This document shows, piece after piece, positions 43,162 to 52,145 of a stretch of 64,000 nucleotides of DNA; the first letter of the stretch is position 1; the number at the start of each line of letters is the position of its first letter. The position numbers were made by a program, and so were the translations under genes. The stretch is from assembly GCA_964615335.1 (NCBI GenBank), contig CAZTMT010000001.1, positions 68,248-132,247 on the forward strand. Direction: 5' to 3'. The notes under the pieces are model-generated. The model was not told the DNA's origin. It made no database searches and saw nothing but the letters and a program-made list of their open reading frames with translations. The DNA comes from an uncultured Clostridia bacterium (GTDB lineage: Bacteria > Acidobacteriota > Blastocatellia > HR10).

Positions 43162-43977
43162 TCACCACCAGATGAGGAGTTTGACCATCTCCCACGGCGG
43201 GTTCCGCAGGTCCACCACGGTCCCGCCCTCGAAGACCGCCAGGCCCAGTCGAGTGGGTTTGTCAGGGTCCGGCTCGATGCAGCGGAGCGGCTTCTCCGTA
43301 AGACACGAGAGGGTCTCGGCCAGGTCAATGTCCGGGTAGAGCTTGGAGAGGTCCACCCGGATCTCATTCTTCTCCGGGTCCACCTCCATCACCCGCTCGC
43401 CCGTCTTGATGTTCGTCCGCCGTCCCCCCTCGGCGTAGGCCACCGTGAAGACCAGCGCCCCATCGTCCCGCCGCTCCCTGAAGGTGTAAACCAGGTCCCG
43501 CTTCTCGTTGGCCCTTTTATGCTCCAGCCGGGAGACGTCGAAGAAGAAACGGAAGCCATCGACCTCCATCTCCATGTTCCGGAAGAGGCGGTCGGTCTTG
43601 ACGTAGTAGAGCATGTGGGTTTTCCAGAAGAGAACCACGTCGCGGTCGTCGGTATAGACCTTCTCGTAGACGTGCTCGTGGGGCGGCGTGAAGCGGAAGT
43701 AAAGAGATCCCGACTCGCTGAAGTAGCGCCGGAAGAAAGTGTACAGGCGGTCGAAAAGCTCTTCCCGGAAGTGCTCAACTTCCTCGGCGGAAAGGCCGAA
43801 GTCTCTCCTTAGATCTTCCAATGACCTCTCGATGTCCTCCGTGAGCCTGGGGAAAACCCCATTCGTGTAGTATTGGGACTTAATGCGCATCAGGTTGACG
43901 AAACCTGATTCGCCTTCCACCCGGGCTCCCACGAAGATCTCTCTTAGCGCTTCAAAAAACTTTTCCTCTCTATTCAT
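43162..43977 (-). pseudogene. Internally deleted type III-like DNA methyltransferase (N- and C-terminal parts fused, catalytic core absent)
   Basis: EIFVGARVEGESGFVNLMRIK..FREELFDRLYTFFRRYFSESGS..LFWKTHMLYYVKTDRLF joined to VDLSKLYPDIDLAETLS..LIWW. From recall these match both ends of long Mod-type MTases; no DPPY or FxGxG motif in 271 aa. Confidence 0.65.
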
Positions 43978-44483
43978 CTGTGCGCTCCGTTAGCTACGAA
44001 ATTCCGAACGGGCGGGAAATTGCTAGCATACCTGATGCCGCGGAGCGGGTCCATGCCGATTATCTGCATCGTGCCCGCCATGCCCTGCTTGACCAGGGGC
44101 GAGTTCATCACAGGTAGAGAATCACCCAGGAGCAAGTGATTCGTCCAGCCGACTTCGTAAGGGTAGAACCTCACTGGCTGATCGGCCAGCAGTGGAGTCT
44201 CGCCGGAAAGCTCAAGCGGGAGCGCTTGCGGTTGGCGCACAGCCTCCGGGATGGTGCGCGTGCAGATCCGCCCGTGCAGCGGGACGACATCCATAAGAAA
44301 ATGAATGTGCTCAGTCTTGCCCGCCCGCTGAGATTGCGGATCACCGTGTGGGTCATACGGCCTTACCTGTTGCTCTTTGACCTTGTAGGTCGGGACGATG
44401 CCCGCCGGAGGGCCGGGCCGTCTGGCCTCGGCGTGGCGGAAATCCTTTGCGCTCTCGGGGGAGATCGGTTTCCTCTGTGTCAC
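43974..44483 (-). pseudogene. Truncated, degenerate adenine DNA methyltransferase (N-terminal fragment)
   Basis: GWTNHLLLGDSLPVMNSPLVKQGMAGTMQIIGMDPLRGIRYASNF resembles NRLILGDSL.VMNSLL.KEGMAGKVQMIY.DPPYGI...SNF; DPPY eroded to DPLR and the ORF stops immediately after. Confidence 0.75.
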
Positions 44484-44531
44484 TGTTTGATACTCCTTGT
44501 GTGCTTCGGGCGCATGGCCTTGTGCGTGAAC

Positions 44532-44559
44532 ATAATAAGCTTTTGCGCTCCCTTGTCAA
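44532..44559 (-). promoter_or_regulatory. Candidate sigma70 promoter of the MTase-remnant/MNT/HEPN operon
   Basis: Minus strand: TTGACA (44559-44554), 16-nt spacer, TATTAT (44537-44532); 49 nt upstream of the start at 44483. Confidence 0.55.
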
Positions 44560-44717
44560 GGCGGGCCTGTCTCGGGGCACTCGACCTGATCGAGCTGAAG
44601 GCTCAAGGGGAAGCCCCGGGCGAAGACTTGAGAGGAATTTCGTTGTTGAAAAATCCCCTTTGTCTTCGTGATGGGGTGCTCTCCTCTTCACGCCCCTTTA
44701 CAATCTCAGGCCGCTCA

Positions 44718-44935
44718 GTTTACCATGCTGGGGTGTGGTTTCCGTCCACACGGTGCTGCTTGTGCTGTGGGCATGTGGGCCCTGAGCTGCCACTTTCATG
44801 CCAGGTCTTCTGCTATGCTGTATGCAGGCGTGAGGTGGACCGCAAGCTGCGTGACACCTGTGGAGATTCACCTGGCGGCGAGAACGTGAGAGCTCTCCTG
44901 TGGGTGTCCGTGCCGGTTCAAGGGTCAGGGGGTGA
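44718..44935 (+). mobile_element. IS200/IS605(IS607)-family remnant: TnpB C-terminal zinc finger plus possible omegaRNA/right-end trace
   Basis: Frame reads VYHAGVWFPSTRCCLCCGHVGPELPLSCQVFCYAVCRREVDRK, like the TnpB motif FPSSKTCS.CG....L.LS.R.F.C..CG...DRD; followed by ACACCTGTGGAGA. No intact tnpA or tnpB. Confidence 0.6.
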
Positions 44936-44959
44936 ATAGAGAGCGCTCGTGTGGGATAG

Positions 44960-46525
44960 ATGTTCATAAAGCGCAGAACGCAGGAGAAATCTCTGGTCTC
45001 AAAGGAGGAAGTGCGGGGAGGCGAAGTCCTCCCCGCGGAACGAGAGCATGCTCTGGGGTGGCGGGGGTGGTGGCGCGCCCTGCAGATTCTGGCCTTCGCC
45101 CTGCTTTTCGCTCTCTACGTGTACCTGGATGCGCTGGCAGCGTGCGATCCGAGCCGAGTCCGAGGGCGATTTCGGCGGGGGCTCCGCTGGTTCGCTCGAC
45201 GTCTTCTCGCCCAGGAATCTCTTCGGCGTGAGGAGCGGCTGCGCGCGCAAGCTGTGTGGCTTCGGAATCGGCTCGTGCGCTTGGGGCCGACGTTCATCAA
45301 GATCGGTCAGGCCTTGGCCACGCGCGCCGATCTTCTGCCGCTGCCCTATTTGCAGGAGCTGGCGCGCCTTCAGGACGAAGTCCCGCCCTTCCCTCAGTCC
45401 GAGGCGGCGCGCATTCTGCAGCAAGAGCTGGGGGCTCCCGCTGAACAGCTTTTCGCCTTCATCCGGTGGGAGCCGGTCGCCTCGGCCAGCCTCGGGCAGG
45501 TCTACTACGGACGGCTCCCCTCGGGCGAAGAGGTCGCGATCAAAGTCCAGCGCCCGCGCCTGAAGGAAGCGATCCAGCGAGACCTGGTGATCCTCAAACG
45601 CATCGCCCGATTCCTCAAACGTTATCCCCACCTCTTCCGCGGCGTGGATTGGACGGGTGTACTCGATGAATTCGCCGCCACACTCTTCGAGGAGATGAAT
45701 TATCGGCAAGAGGCGCTCCATGCCGAGAGGTTTCGGAAGAACTTCCGCCGCTGGCGAGAGGTCTACGTGCCGAAGATCTACTGGGAATACACAACCGAGC
45801 GCGTTCTCACGATGGAATACATTCACGGGGTGAAGGTGACCGATGTGGACGAGTTGCGACGGCGCGGATTCTCGCCTCCTCAGATCAATCGGCTTCTGGC
45901 GCGCACTTATCTCAAGCAATTGCTCGAGGATGGATTCTTCCACGCCGATCCGCATCCGGGGAATCTGCGCGTCATGCCCGACGGACGTCTCGCCTTCTTC
46001 GATTTCGGCATGGTGGGGCGCATTGATGAGCGGCTGCAGAGCTTGATGATCGAAGCCTTTTTCCATATCGTGAACCGCGACGTTCCGGGTTTGGTCGAAG
46101 ACCTCATTCGGCTCGGATTCCTCGATCCCCACGTGGACCCGCGTCTCATTCGGCCTCTGGTGGAGAACCTGTTTCGGGAGTATCTCGGACTGAAGCTGAG
46201 CGAGATCCGATTCAAGGAACTGACCTACGATTTGGCCGAAGTGGTGTATGCGTATCCCTTCCGCATCCCCACGCGCTTCACCTATATGATCCGCGCGCTG
46301 ATGGAACTGGAAGGGATCGGGATCGCCATTGATCCGGAGTTCAACTTCATTGACGTCGCGCGTCCTTTCGCGCGGGAGTATCTCCTGCGGCGAGAGGCGC
46401 GCCAGCTTCGTGCCGAGCTGCTCCACCGGCTGGTTCGGGGATCGGATGGGGCTTTTCGGCTCGACCGGGTTTGGCAGTTGGCTAAGCTCGCTCTGCGCGT
46501 CTATTGGGATAAGTTGAGAAGCTGA
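44960..46525 (+). CDS. ABC1/AarF/UbiB-family atypical kinase
   Basis: LGPTFIKIGQ, LQDEVPPF, VASASLGQVY, VAIKVQRP, EEMNYRQE, GFFHADPHPGN, FFDFGMVG. Confidence 0.94.
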   Translation: MFIKRRTQEKSLVSKEEVRGGEVLPAEREHALGWRGWWRALQILAFALLFALYVYLDALAACDPSRVRGRFRRGLRWFARRLLAQESLRREERLRAQAVWLRNRLVRLGPTFIKIGQALATRADLLPLPYLQELARLQDEVPPFPQSEAARILQQELGAPAEQLFAFIRWEPVASASLGQVYYGRLPSGEEVAIKVQRPRLKEAIQRDLVILKRIARFLKRYPHLFRGVDWTGVLDEFAATLFEEMNYRQEALHAERFRKNFRRWREVYVPKIYWEYTTERVLTMEYIHGVKVTDVDELRRRGFSPPQINRLLARTYLKQLLEDGFFHADPHPGNLRVMPDGRLAFFDFGMVGRIDERLQSLMIEAFFHIVNRDVPGLVEDLIRLGFLDPHVDPRLIRPLVENLFREYLGLKLSEIRFKELTYDLAEVVYAYPFRIPTRFTYMIRALMELEGIGIAIDPEFNFIDVARPFAREYLLRREARQLRAELLHRLVRGSDGAFRLDRVWQLAKLALRVYWDKLRS

Positions 46526-46545
46526 GCCACGGTTTGACGTCCCAC

Positions 46546-48981
46546 TCAGGGACGGGGTTCCCCGAAGCGCCCCGGACGCTTTTTCTTCGTCGCCGGCTCC
46601 TCGGGGGGCGGCTCGAGCGATCTCTGAAGGGACTGGAGAATGAGATCGGGGATGGGCTCGCCCTGCTTGTTGGGAGACCGGGAGGGTTCGGGCGGCAGAG
46701 GCGGCAATGGGGAGGGCGAGGCGGCCGGTAGCTCTCGCGCGCTCATCCCCGCGCCCAGGCTCCTTTCGGTCTCTTCTCGCGCCGCGCGAATCCAGGGGGG
46801 CATCTCCGTGACCAGAGTGAACGCGACAGGAGGTTTGTCCTTGAGATATTCCCTCATGAATTCGATCCAGATGGGGAGAGCCGCGACCGCTCCTGTCTCC
46901 CGCGGGCCGAGACTGCGCTTTCGATCGCTGAATCCCACCCAGACGCCCGTGCAGACAGTGGGGGTGAATCCGATGAACCAGGCATCGGTGAAGTCGTTCA
47001 CCGTTCCGGTCTTCCCCCCGATGGGCCAATTCTGAAATTCTGCGAAGGCGCGGATGCGCGCCGCTGTCCCCCGGTCTACAACGCCTTGGAGAAGACGCAC
47101 CATGGTCGAGGCGACATAGGGATCAAGAACTTGTTCCGGCGGAGGAGGCTCCCAACGTTCCAGCTCATGGCCATCTCGATCCACAACGCGGCGGATCAGA
47201 TGCGGAACGACGCGCCGTCCCTGATTGGCGAAGACGGCATAGGCAGCGGTCATGGCCAGCAGCGGCTCCTCGGTCGCGCCCAGCGCCGAGGAGAGAAACG
47301 GGGCCATGGGATTGGGCAGGCCGAGGCGTTCGACCAGACGCACGGCCCGCGCGATGCCGATGCGCTGCAGGACGCGCACGGCGGGAATATTGCGCGACTC
47401 GGCCACCGCCTGCGCGATCGAGATCACCCCCTTGAACGTATTGTCGTAATTCGAAGGCGCCCACTCCCCGATCTGCAGCGGGGCGTCCAGAACCTGGTCT
47501 TCGGGCGTCACCCCCGCTTCCACGGCGGCAGCATAAATGAAGGGCTTGAAGGCCGAGCCCGTCTGCCGCAAGCCCTGCGTGGCGTGATTGAAGCGGGAGC
47601 GCGCGAAGTCATATCCTCCGACCATCGCCTTGATCTCTCCGGAGGGGATCTCCAGTGCGACGAGCGCCCCTTGTACTTCCGGCAACGGCCAGAGCGTCGC
47701 CTTCATCTGTCGGGTGCGGTCATCCTTCTCCTGAATCTGAACGATCACCAGATCGCCCGGGCGCACGAGCTGCGAGAGAGGGCGTCCCCAGGGAGCGTCG
47801 CGCGGCGTCACGTGCGCCGTGTAAGCGCCCACGCGCACCCGGGCTTCGCTGGCCGTGACCGAGAGGACCAACCCCGGATAGTCCTCTCCGATCTCCAGTT
47901 CCCCCTCCCAATCCGGATGCCGATACGTGGCCAGATCTTTCCCCTGATCGAGAATATTCTCTCTCGGACTGCGCCAGCCGTGACGGCGGTCATACGCATG
48001 CAAGCCGTTGCGCACGGCGCGCACGGCCCATCGCTGAGCGCGCGCATCCAGCGTCGTGTAGACCCGAAGTCCCCCCGCGTGAGTCCGGCGCGTCCCGTAA
48101 GTCTCCTCCAGGTAGCGTCGTACCTCTTCGACGAAGTAGGCATACGGCGAGCGCGCGTTCGAAAGACGTCCGCTTTCGGCCAGTCGAATGGGGCGCGCCA
48201 TCGCCTCACGCGCCGCCTCGCGCGAGAGATATCCGGCTTCGACCATCTTCTCCAGGACGAGATTCCGACGCGCCTGAGCCGCCTGAGGATGAGTGACCGG
48301 AGAATACAACTGAGGCGCTTTGGGGAGCGCGGCCAGAAGCGCCGCTTCTTCCACCGTCAGGTCCCGCGCCGACTTCCCGAAGTAATACTGCGCCGCCGCT
48401 TCCACTCCGTAGGCGTTGCCCCCCAGGTAGATCTGATTGCAGTACAGCTCAATGATCTGTTCCTTCGTGTAGTAACGCTCAATGAGAAGCGCCAGCAGGG
48501 CTTCTTTGAGCTTTCGCGAGTAGGTCCGCTCGGGAGTCAAAAAGAGCATCTTGGCGAGCTGTTGCGTGATCGTCGAGCCGCCTTGAACGGTCTCCCCCGC
48601 GCGCAGGTTCGCCACAAACGCGCCGAGAATGCGAATCGGATCAATCCCCGCGTGTTCGTAGAACCGAGCATCCTCGATCGCGATGAAGGCGTTCCGCACA
48701 TGCGGAGGGATCTCGTGGTAGGAGAGGGGAATGCGCCGTTCGATGTAAAATTCCCCGATGACCGTCTGCTCGTCATCGGCGTAGACGCGCGAGAGAACGC
48801 TCGGCTGATAGTCGCTGAGCTGGACGACCATGAGGGCGTATTCCGAATGGTCGAGCGCGTAGGCGAGGGTGAAGCCGAGAAGTCCTCCGCCGAGCGCCGC
48901 CAGCAGAAGAAGCGACAGGATCGGATGGCGGCGCATGAGCGCCCGCATGCGCGAAGGGCCGTGGGTCGCTTCCTTCCTCAC
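46546..48981 (-). CDS. Class A penicillin-binding protein (PBP1A family)
   Basis: GT51 motifs EDARFYEH, GGSTITQQLAK, RKLKE, ELYCN; transpeptidase SAFK, SRN, KTG. GTG start overlaps the upstream mog-like stop (GTGA). Confidence 0.95.
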   Translation of the reverse strand: MRKEATHGPSRMRALMRRHPILSLLLLAALGGGLLGFTLAYALDHSEYALMVVQLSDYQPSVLSRVYADDEQTVIGEFYIERRIPLSYHEIPPHVRNAFIAIEDARFYEHAGIDPIRILGAFVANLRAGETVQGGSTITQQLAKMLFLTPERTYSRKLKEALLALLIERYYTKEQIIELYCNQIYLGGNAYGVEAAAQYYFGKSARDLTVEEAALLAALPKAPQLYSPVTHPQAAQARRNLVLEKMVEAGYLSREAAREAMARPIRLAESGRLSNARSPYAYFVEEVRRYLEETYGTRRTHAGGLRVYTTLDARAQRWAVRAVRNGLHAYDRRHGWRSPRENILDQGKDLATYRHPDWEGELEIGEDYPGLVLSVTASEARVRVGAYTAHVTPRDAPWGRPLSQLVRPGDLVIVQIQEKDDRTRQMKATLWPLPEVQGALVALEIPSGEIKAMVGGYDFARSRFNHATQGLRQTGSAFKPFIYAAAVEAGVTPEDQVLDAPLQIGEWAPSNYDNTFKGVISIAQAVAESRNIPAVRVLQRIGIARAVRLVERLGLPNPMAPFLSSALGATEEPLLAMTAAYAVFANQGRRVVPHLIRRVVDRDGHELERWEPPPPEQVLDPYVASTMVRLLQGVVDRGTAARIRAFAEFQNWPIGGKTGTVNDFTDAWFIGFTPTVCTGVWVGFSDRKRSLGPRETGAVAALPIWIEFMREYLKDKPPVAFTLVTEMPPWIRAAREETERSLGAGMSARELPAASPSPLPPLPPEPSRSPNKQGEPIPDLILQSLQRSLEPPPEEPATKKKRPGRFGEPRP

Positions 48982-49508
48982 GATCGCGTTCCTTCTGGGC
49001 TTTCATGCGGCGTCAGAGCGTCGCCGTGAGCGGTCTCGCCGGCCAGCGTCTCCAGCGCATGAGGCAACACCTGTCGGATCGCCGCGAATCCCTCGCGCGC
49101 TCCGCGAACGCTTCCCGGCAGATTGATGATGAGCGTGCCCGCGCAGATGCCTGCGACTCCTCGGGAGAGCATCGCGAAGGGCGTGCTCTCCAAAACCCCT
49201 TTGAGGCGGATCACCTCCGGAATGCCGGGCACTTCGCGCTCGATGACCTCGCGCGTCGCCTCCGGCGTCTGATCGCGTGGCGAGAGTCCCGTCCCTCCTG
49301 TTGTGAGAATGAGGTTCACGTCGGCGCGCTCGGCGTAATCCCGCAAGCGCCGGGCGATCATCGGCCGGTCATCCGGGAGCACTTCGGCGGCGATGATCTC
49401 CGCCCCCATACGGCGCAACTCCTCGACAAGAGCGGGTCCCGAGAGATCCTCGCGCTCGCCCCGCGCCGCGCTATCGCTGATGGTCAAAACGACGGCTCGA
49501 ATCTCCAC
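48978..49508 (-). CDS. MogA/MoaB-family molybdopterin adenylyltransferase
   Basis: VLTISDS...DLSGP, LPDD, LTTGGTGLSPRDQTPEAT, LSRGVAG, NLPGS. GTG 49508 with GGAGG RBS. Confidence 0.93.
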   Translation of the reverse strand: MEIRAVVLTISDSAARGEREDLSGPALVEELRRMGAEIIAAEVLPDDRPMIARRLRDYAERADVNLILTTGGTGLSPRDQTPEATREVIEREVPGIPEVIRLKGVLESTPFAMLSRGVAGICAGTLIINLPGSVRGAREGFAAIRQVLPHALETLAGETAHGDALTPHESPEGTRS

Positions 49509-49545
49509 CAGACCTCCTTGCGCGGAACGCGCTCTCGCCCCTCTC

Positions 49546-50121
49546 TCACGCGGATTCCGGGACGCTTCGGTCTCCCCATTCCGCGCCGAACTGCTTCCCG
49601 AAATCCGGAGAGCGCTTCCTGAGTTCCAACCAGATCTCGAACGTCTCTGGGGAAGAGGCCCAGAGGGCGAACCACTCGGCGATCTCCTCTTTGGCCGCAC
49701 GGGCGCGTTCGTCCCGCGCGCGACGGGCGGCGGCGCGGGCTCGTCGCCTGCCCAGTTGGGCGAGCGCCCGCACGTAAGCGATCCCTTTGCCGTCCCCCTT
49801 CTCTTTGAAGCTGCGATAGAGGCGGCTCAATTCGTGCAGGGAGTGCTCGGCGCGTTCCAGAGTCTCGAATCTCAGAACCCCTTCGAACTGTCGGGCGTAC
49901 TCCTCTTCGAACTCCGGAGCCGCAAAGGGATCATTCAGCAGGACGCGACGGCCCGCCGCACGAAGAACGCCCACGATGTAGCTGTCCGAAGGACAGCCCG
50001 ATTCCCCGAATTCTTCGCGCAAACGCTCCTTCAGGCGACGGAGCTCGGCCTCGCCGATCGCGTCCCAACCCATCTCCTCGCAGAGGCGCAAGATCGCTTC
50101 TTTCTTCGTCCGCCGCTCCAT
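49546..50121 (-). CDS. Hypothetical helical protein
   Basis: 191-aa ORF from ATG 50121 (MERRTKKEAIL), co-oriented with mog/PBP1A; protein-like composition; no family recognised. Confidence 0.7.
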   Translation of the reverse strand: MERRTKKEAILRLCEEMGWDAIGEAELRRLKERLREEFGESGCPSDSYIVGVLRAAGRRVLLNDPFAAPEFEEEYARQFEGVLRFETLERAEHSLHELSRLYRSFKEKGDGKGIAYVRALAQLGRRRARAAARRARDERARAAKEEIAEWFALWASSPETFEIWLELRKRSPDFGKQFGAEWGDRSVPESA

Positions 50122-50180
50122 CGAGCGATCCTCCCCGAGAGAATAGCATTTTACCGAAAGACGGGATAAAATGGCACGCC

Positions 50181-51407
50181 ATGCGCACATCGAAACGAAT
50201 CGTGCTGGAGGGGGGACAGCTCGTCCTCCCCGATCGCGTGATGGACTCGGGATGGATCCTTGTTCAGGACGATGAGATCCTCGCCCTCTCCAATACGGAG
50301 GCGCCCCCGGCAGCCGATGAGCGAGTGGATGTCTCGGGACATTACGTAGCGCCGGGGATGATTGATCTGCACATCCACGGTTCGGTGGGAGTGGATCTGC
50401 TCACGGCTCAGGCCGACGAGCTGCGCCGGTGGGCGCGATTCCTTCTGGCGCACGGCGTGACCCGGTTCCTCCCGACGGCTGTCCCCACCGATCCGGCAGC
50501 GTATGCGCGCGTGCGTGCGGTTTTGGCCGAATACGTGCCGGAGCAGCAGCGCGATCCTCAGGCAGCGTCCATTGTGGGCATTCATTTCGAAGGGCCCTTT
50601 GTGAATCCGCGTCGAGCGGGAGCGCTGAATCCGCGTTTCTTCCGCACGTTTCATTCCCTTCAGGATGTGGAGGATCTTCTCTGGGAGGAGATCGGGGGAA
50701 GGCCCTTCGTTCGAATGATGACGCTGGCGCCGGAGATCGAGGGGGGACTCGCGCTGGCCGAACAGTTGCGACGGCGCGGATTCCGTCTGGCCATAGGGCA
50801 TAGCGAGGCGTCTTTTGAGACCTGCGAGGCCGCAGCCGAACACGGCATCGCGCACATCACGCATTTTCCCAACGCGCTGGTCCCGCTGCATCATCGTCAG
50901 CTTGGCGTCGTCGGATGGGCGCTTCTTCAGGAGACGGCGACGCTTGATCTCGTCGCCGACGGGCACCATCTCGATCGGCGGATGATCGCTCTTGTGAAGA
51001 AGATCGTCGGCACTGATCGCCTCGCCCTCATAAGCGACGCCATCGCGGCGACCGGCCTGGGCGATGGACGCTATGAGATCTGGGGAGAAACGATTCGCGT
51101 CGTGAACGGACGGACCGAGAATGCCGCCGGGCATCTCGCCGGCTCGGTCATCACATTGCTGGATGCTGTGCGACATCTCGTGCGCTGGGGATTCTCGTTG
51201 CCTGAAGCGATGAAGATGGCTTCGCTTGTGCCCGCGCGCGTCCTCGGATTGGATACCCGGTTGGGTTCCCTTGAGCCGGGGAAGAAGGCGGACATCCTCA
51301 TCCTGGATGGAAACCTCTCGCCGCGACTTGTCCTGCACGAGGGGGAACTCGTTGCGCTCTCAGCCTCTTCGGAGGAGCGCACCTCTTCTGCGCCGGAGAC
51401 CGGATAA
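50181..51407 (+). CDS. nagA: N-acetylglucosamine-6-phosphate deacetylase
   Basis: PGMIDLHIHG, GIHFEGPFVN...GA, MTLAPE, GHS, THFPNA, ADGHH, LISDA, LAGS. Confidence 0.92.
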   Translation: MRTSKRIVLEGGQLVLPDRVMDSGWILVQDDEILALSNTEAPPAADERVDVSGHYVAPGMIDLHIHGSVGVDLLTAQADELRRWARFLLAHGVTRFLPTAVPTDPAAYARVRAVLAEYVPEQQRDPQAASIVGIHFEGPFVNPRRAGALNPRFFRTFHSLQDVEDLLWEEIGGRPFVRMMTLAPEIEGGLALAEQLRRRGFRLAIGHSEASFETCEAAAEHGIAHITHFPNALVPLHHRQLGVVGWALLQETATLDLVADGHHLDRRMIALVKKIVGTDRLALISDAIAATGLGDGRYEIWGETIRVVNGRTENAAGHLAGSVITLLDAVRHLVRWGFSLPEAMKMASLVPARVLGLDTRLGSLEPGKKADILILDGNLSPRLVLHEGELVALSASSEERTSSAPETG

Positions 51408-51434
51408 CGCACGGCGCTGAGTGCAGACGTCGGG

Positions 51435-52142
51435 CTATTTCTCCGCGACAAGCAGATGATTGATCGGGTCGTCGGGATCAGGCCACAAGCGATCGAAGAA
51501 TCCGAATGAGAGATTCACCAGCGGCATCAAGCGGTGGAGCACGCGGCGACGGCTGAGCGTATTGGCCAGAGCTTGACCCGCAAGAGCCCAGGCCCCCCCC
51601 TGAGGCTTCATATGCAGAACGCGCAGTCCACTCTCGCGTATGAGATGCGCCAGACCAAAGCGGGTGAAGCGATAGTAATCGTGCGGCTCCTCATGCATGC
51701 GCCAGTATTGCGGAGCGGTGAGGATCAGCCGTCCTCCCGGCGCGAGCACGCGCCGGATTTCACTCAAAGCATCCGGCGGGTTTGGCACGTGTTCGAGCAC
51801 CTGAATCAGGAGCACCGTATCGAATGCCTCCGCCGGGAAAGGGAGCCGTAACGCATCGCCGACCACATCGGGGCAGCTTCCCGGAAACTCTCGGTCCAGG
51901 CCGACGTACTGGCGAACAACCGGAGCGAAGATCTCGCGATAGGGTTGGTTCCCGCAGCCGATATCCAGCAGGCGGCCTCGCGCATAGACGCGGCACGCTC
52001 GCAGATCGCGCACGATGAGGCGCATGCTCAGGTAATCGGCCTCGCGCCAGGACGTCGTCGCGCGCGCGCGGCGTTCCCCATATGGGCGCGGCATGCCGTG
52101 CTCCTCCTGTCTCACCTCGTTGAGGCTGCGTCCCATCGTCAT
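51435..52142 (-). CDS. Class I SAM-dependent methyltransferase
   Basis: LLDIGCG, YVGLD, GDALRLPF, FDTVL..QVLEHV, LAPGGRL, EPHDYYRFT; start uncertain. Confidence 0.88.
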   Translation of the reverse strand: MTMGRSLNEVRQEEHGMPRPYGERRARATTSWREADYLSMRLIVRDLRACRVYARGRLLDIGCGNQPYREIFAPVVRQYVGLDREFPGSCPDVVGDALRLPFPAEAFDTVLLIQVLEHVPNPPDALSEIRRVLAPGGRLILTAPQYWRMHEEPHDYYRFTRFGLAHLIRESGLRVLHMKPQGGAWALAGQALANTLSRRRVLHRLMPLVNLSFGFFDRLWPDPDDPINHLLVAEK

Positions 52143-52145
52143 CCG

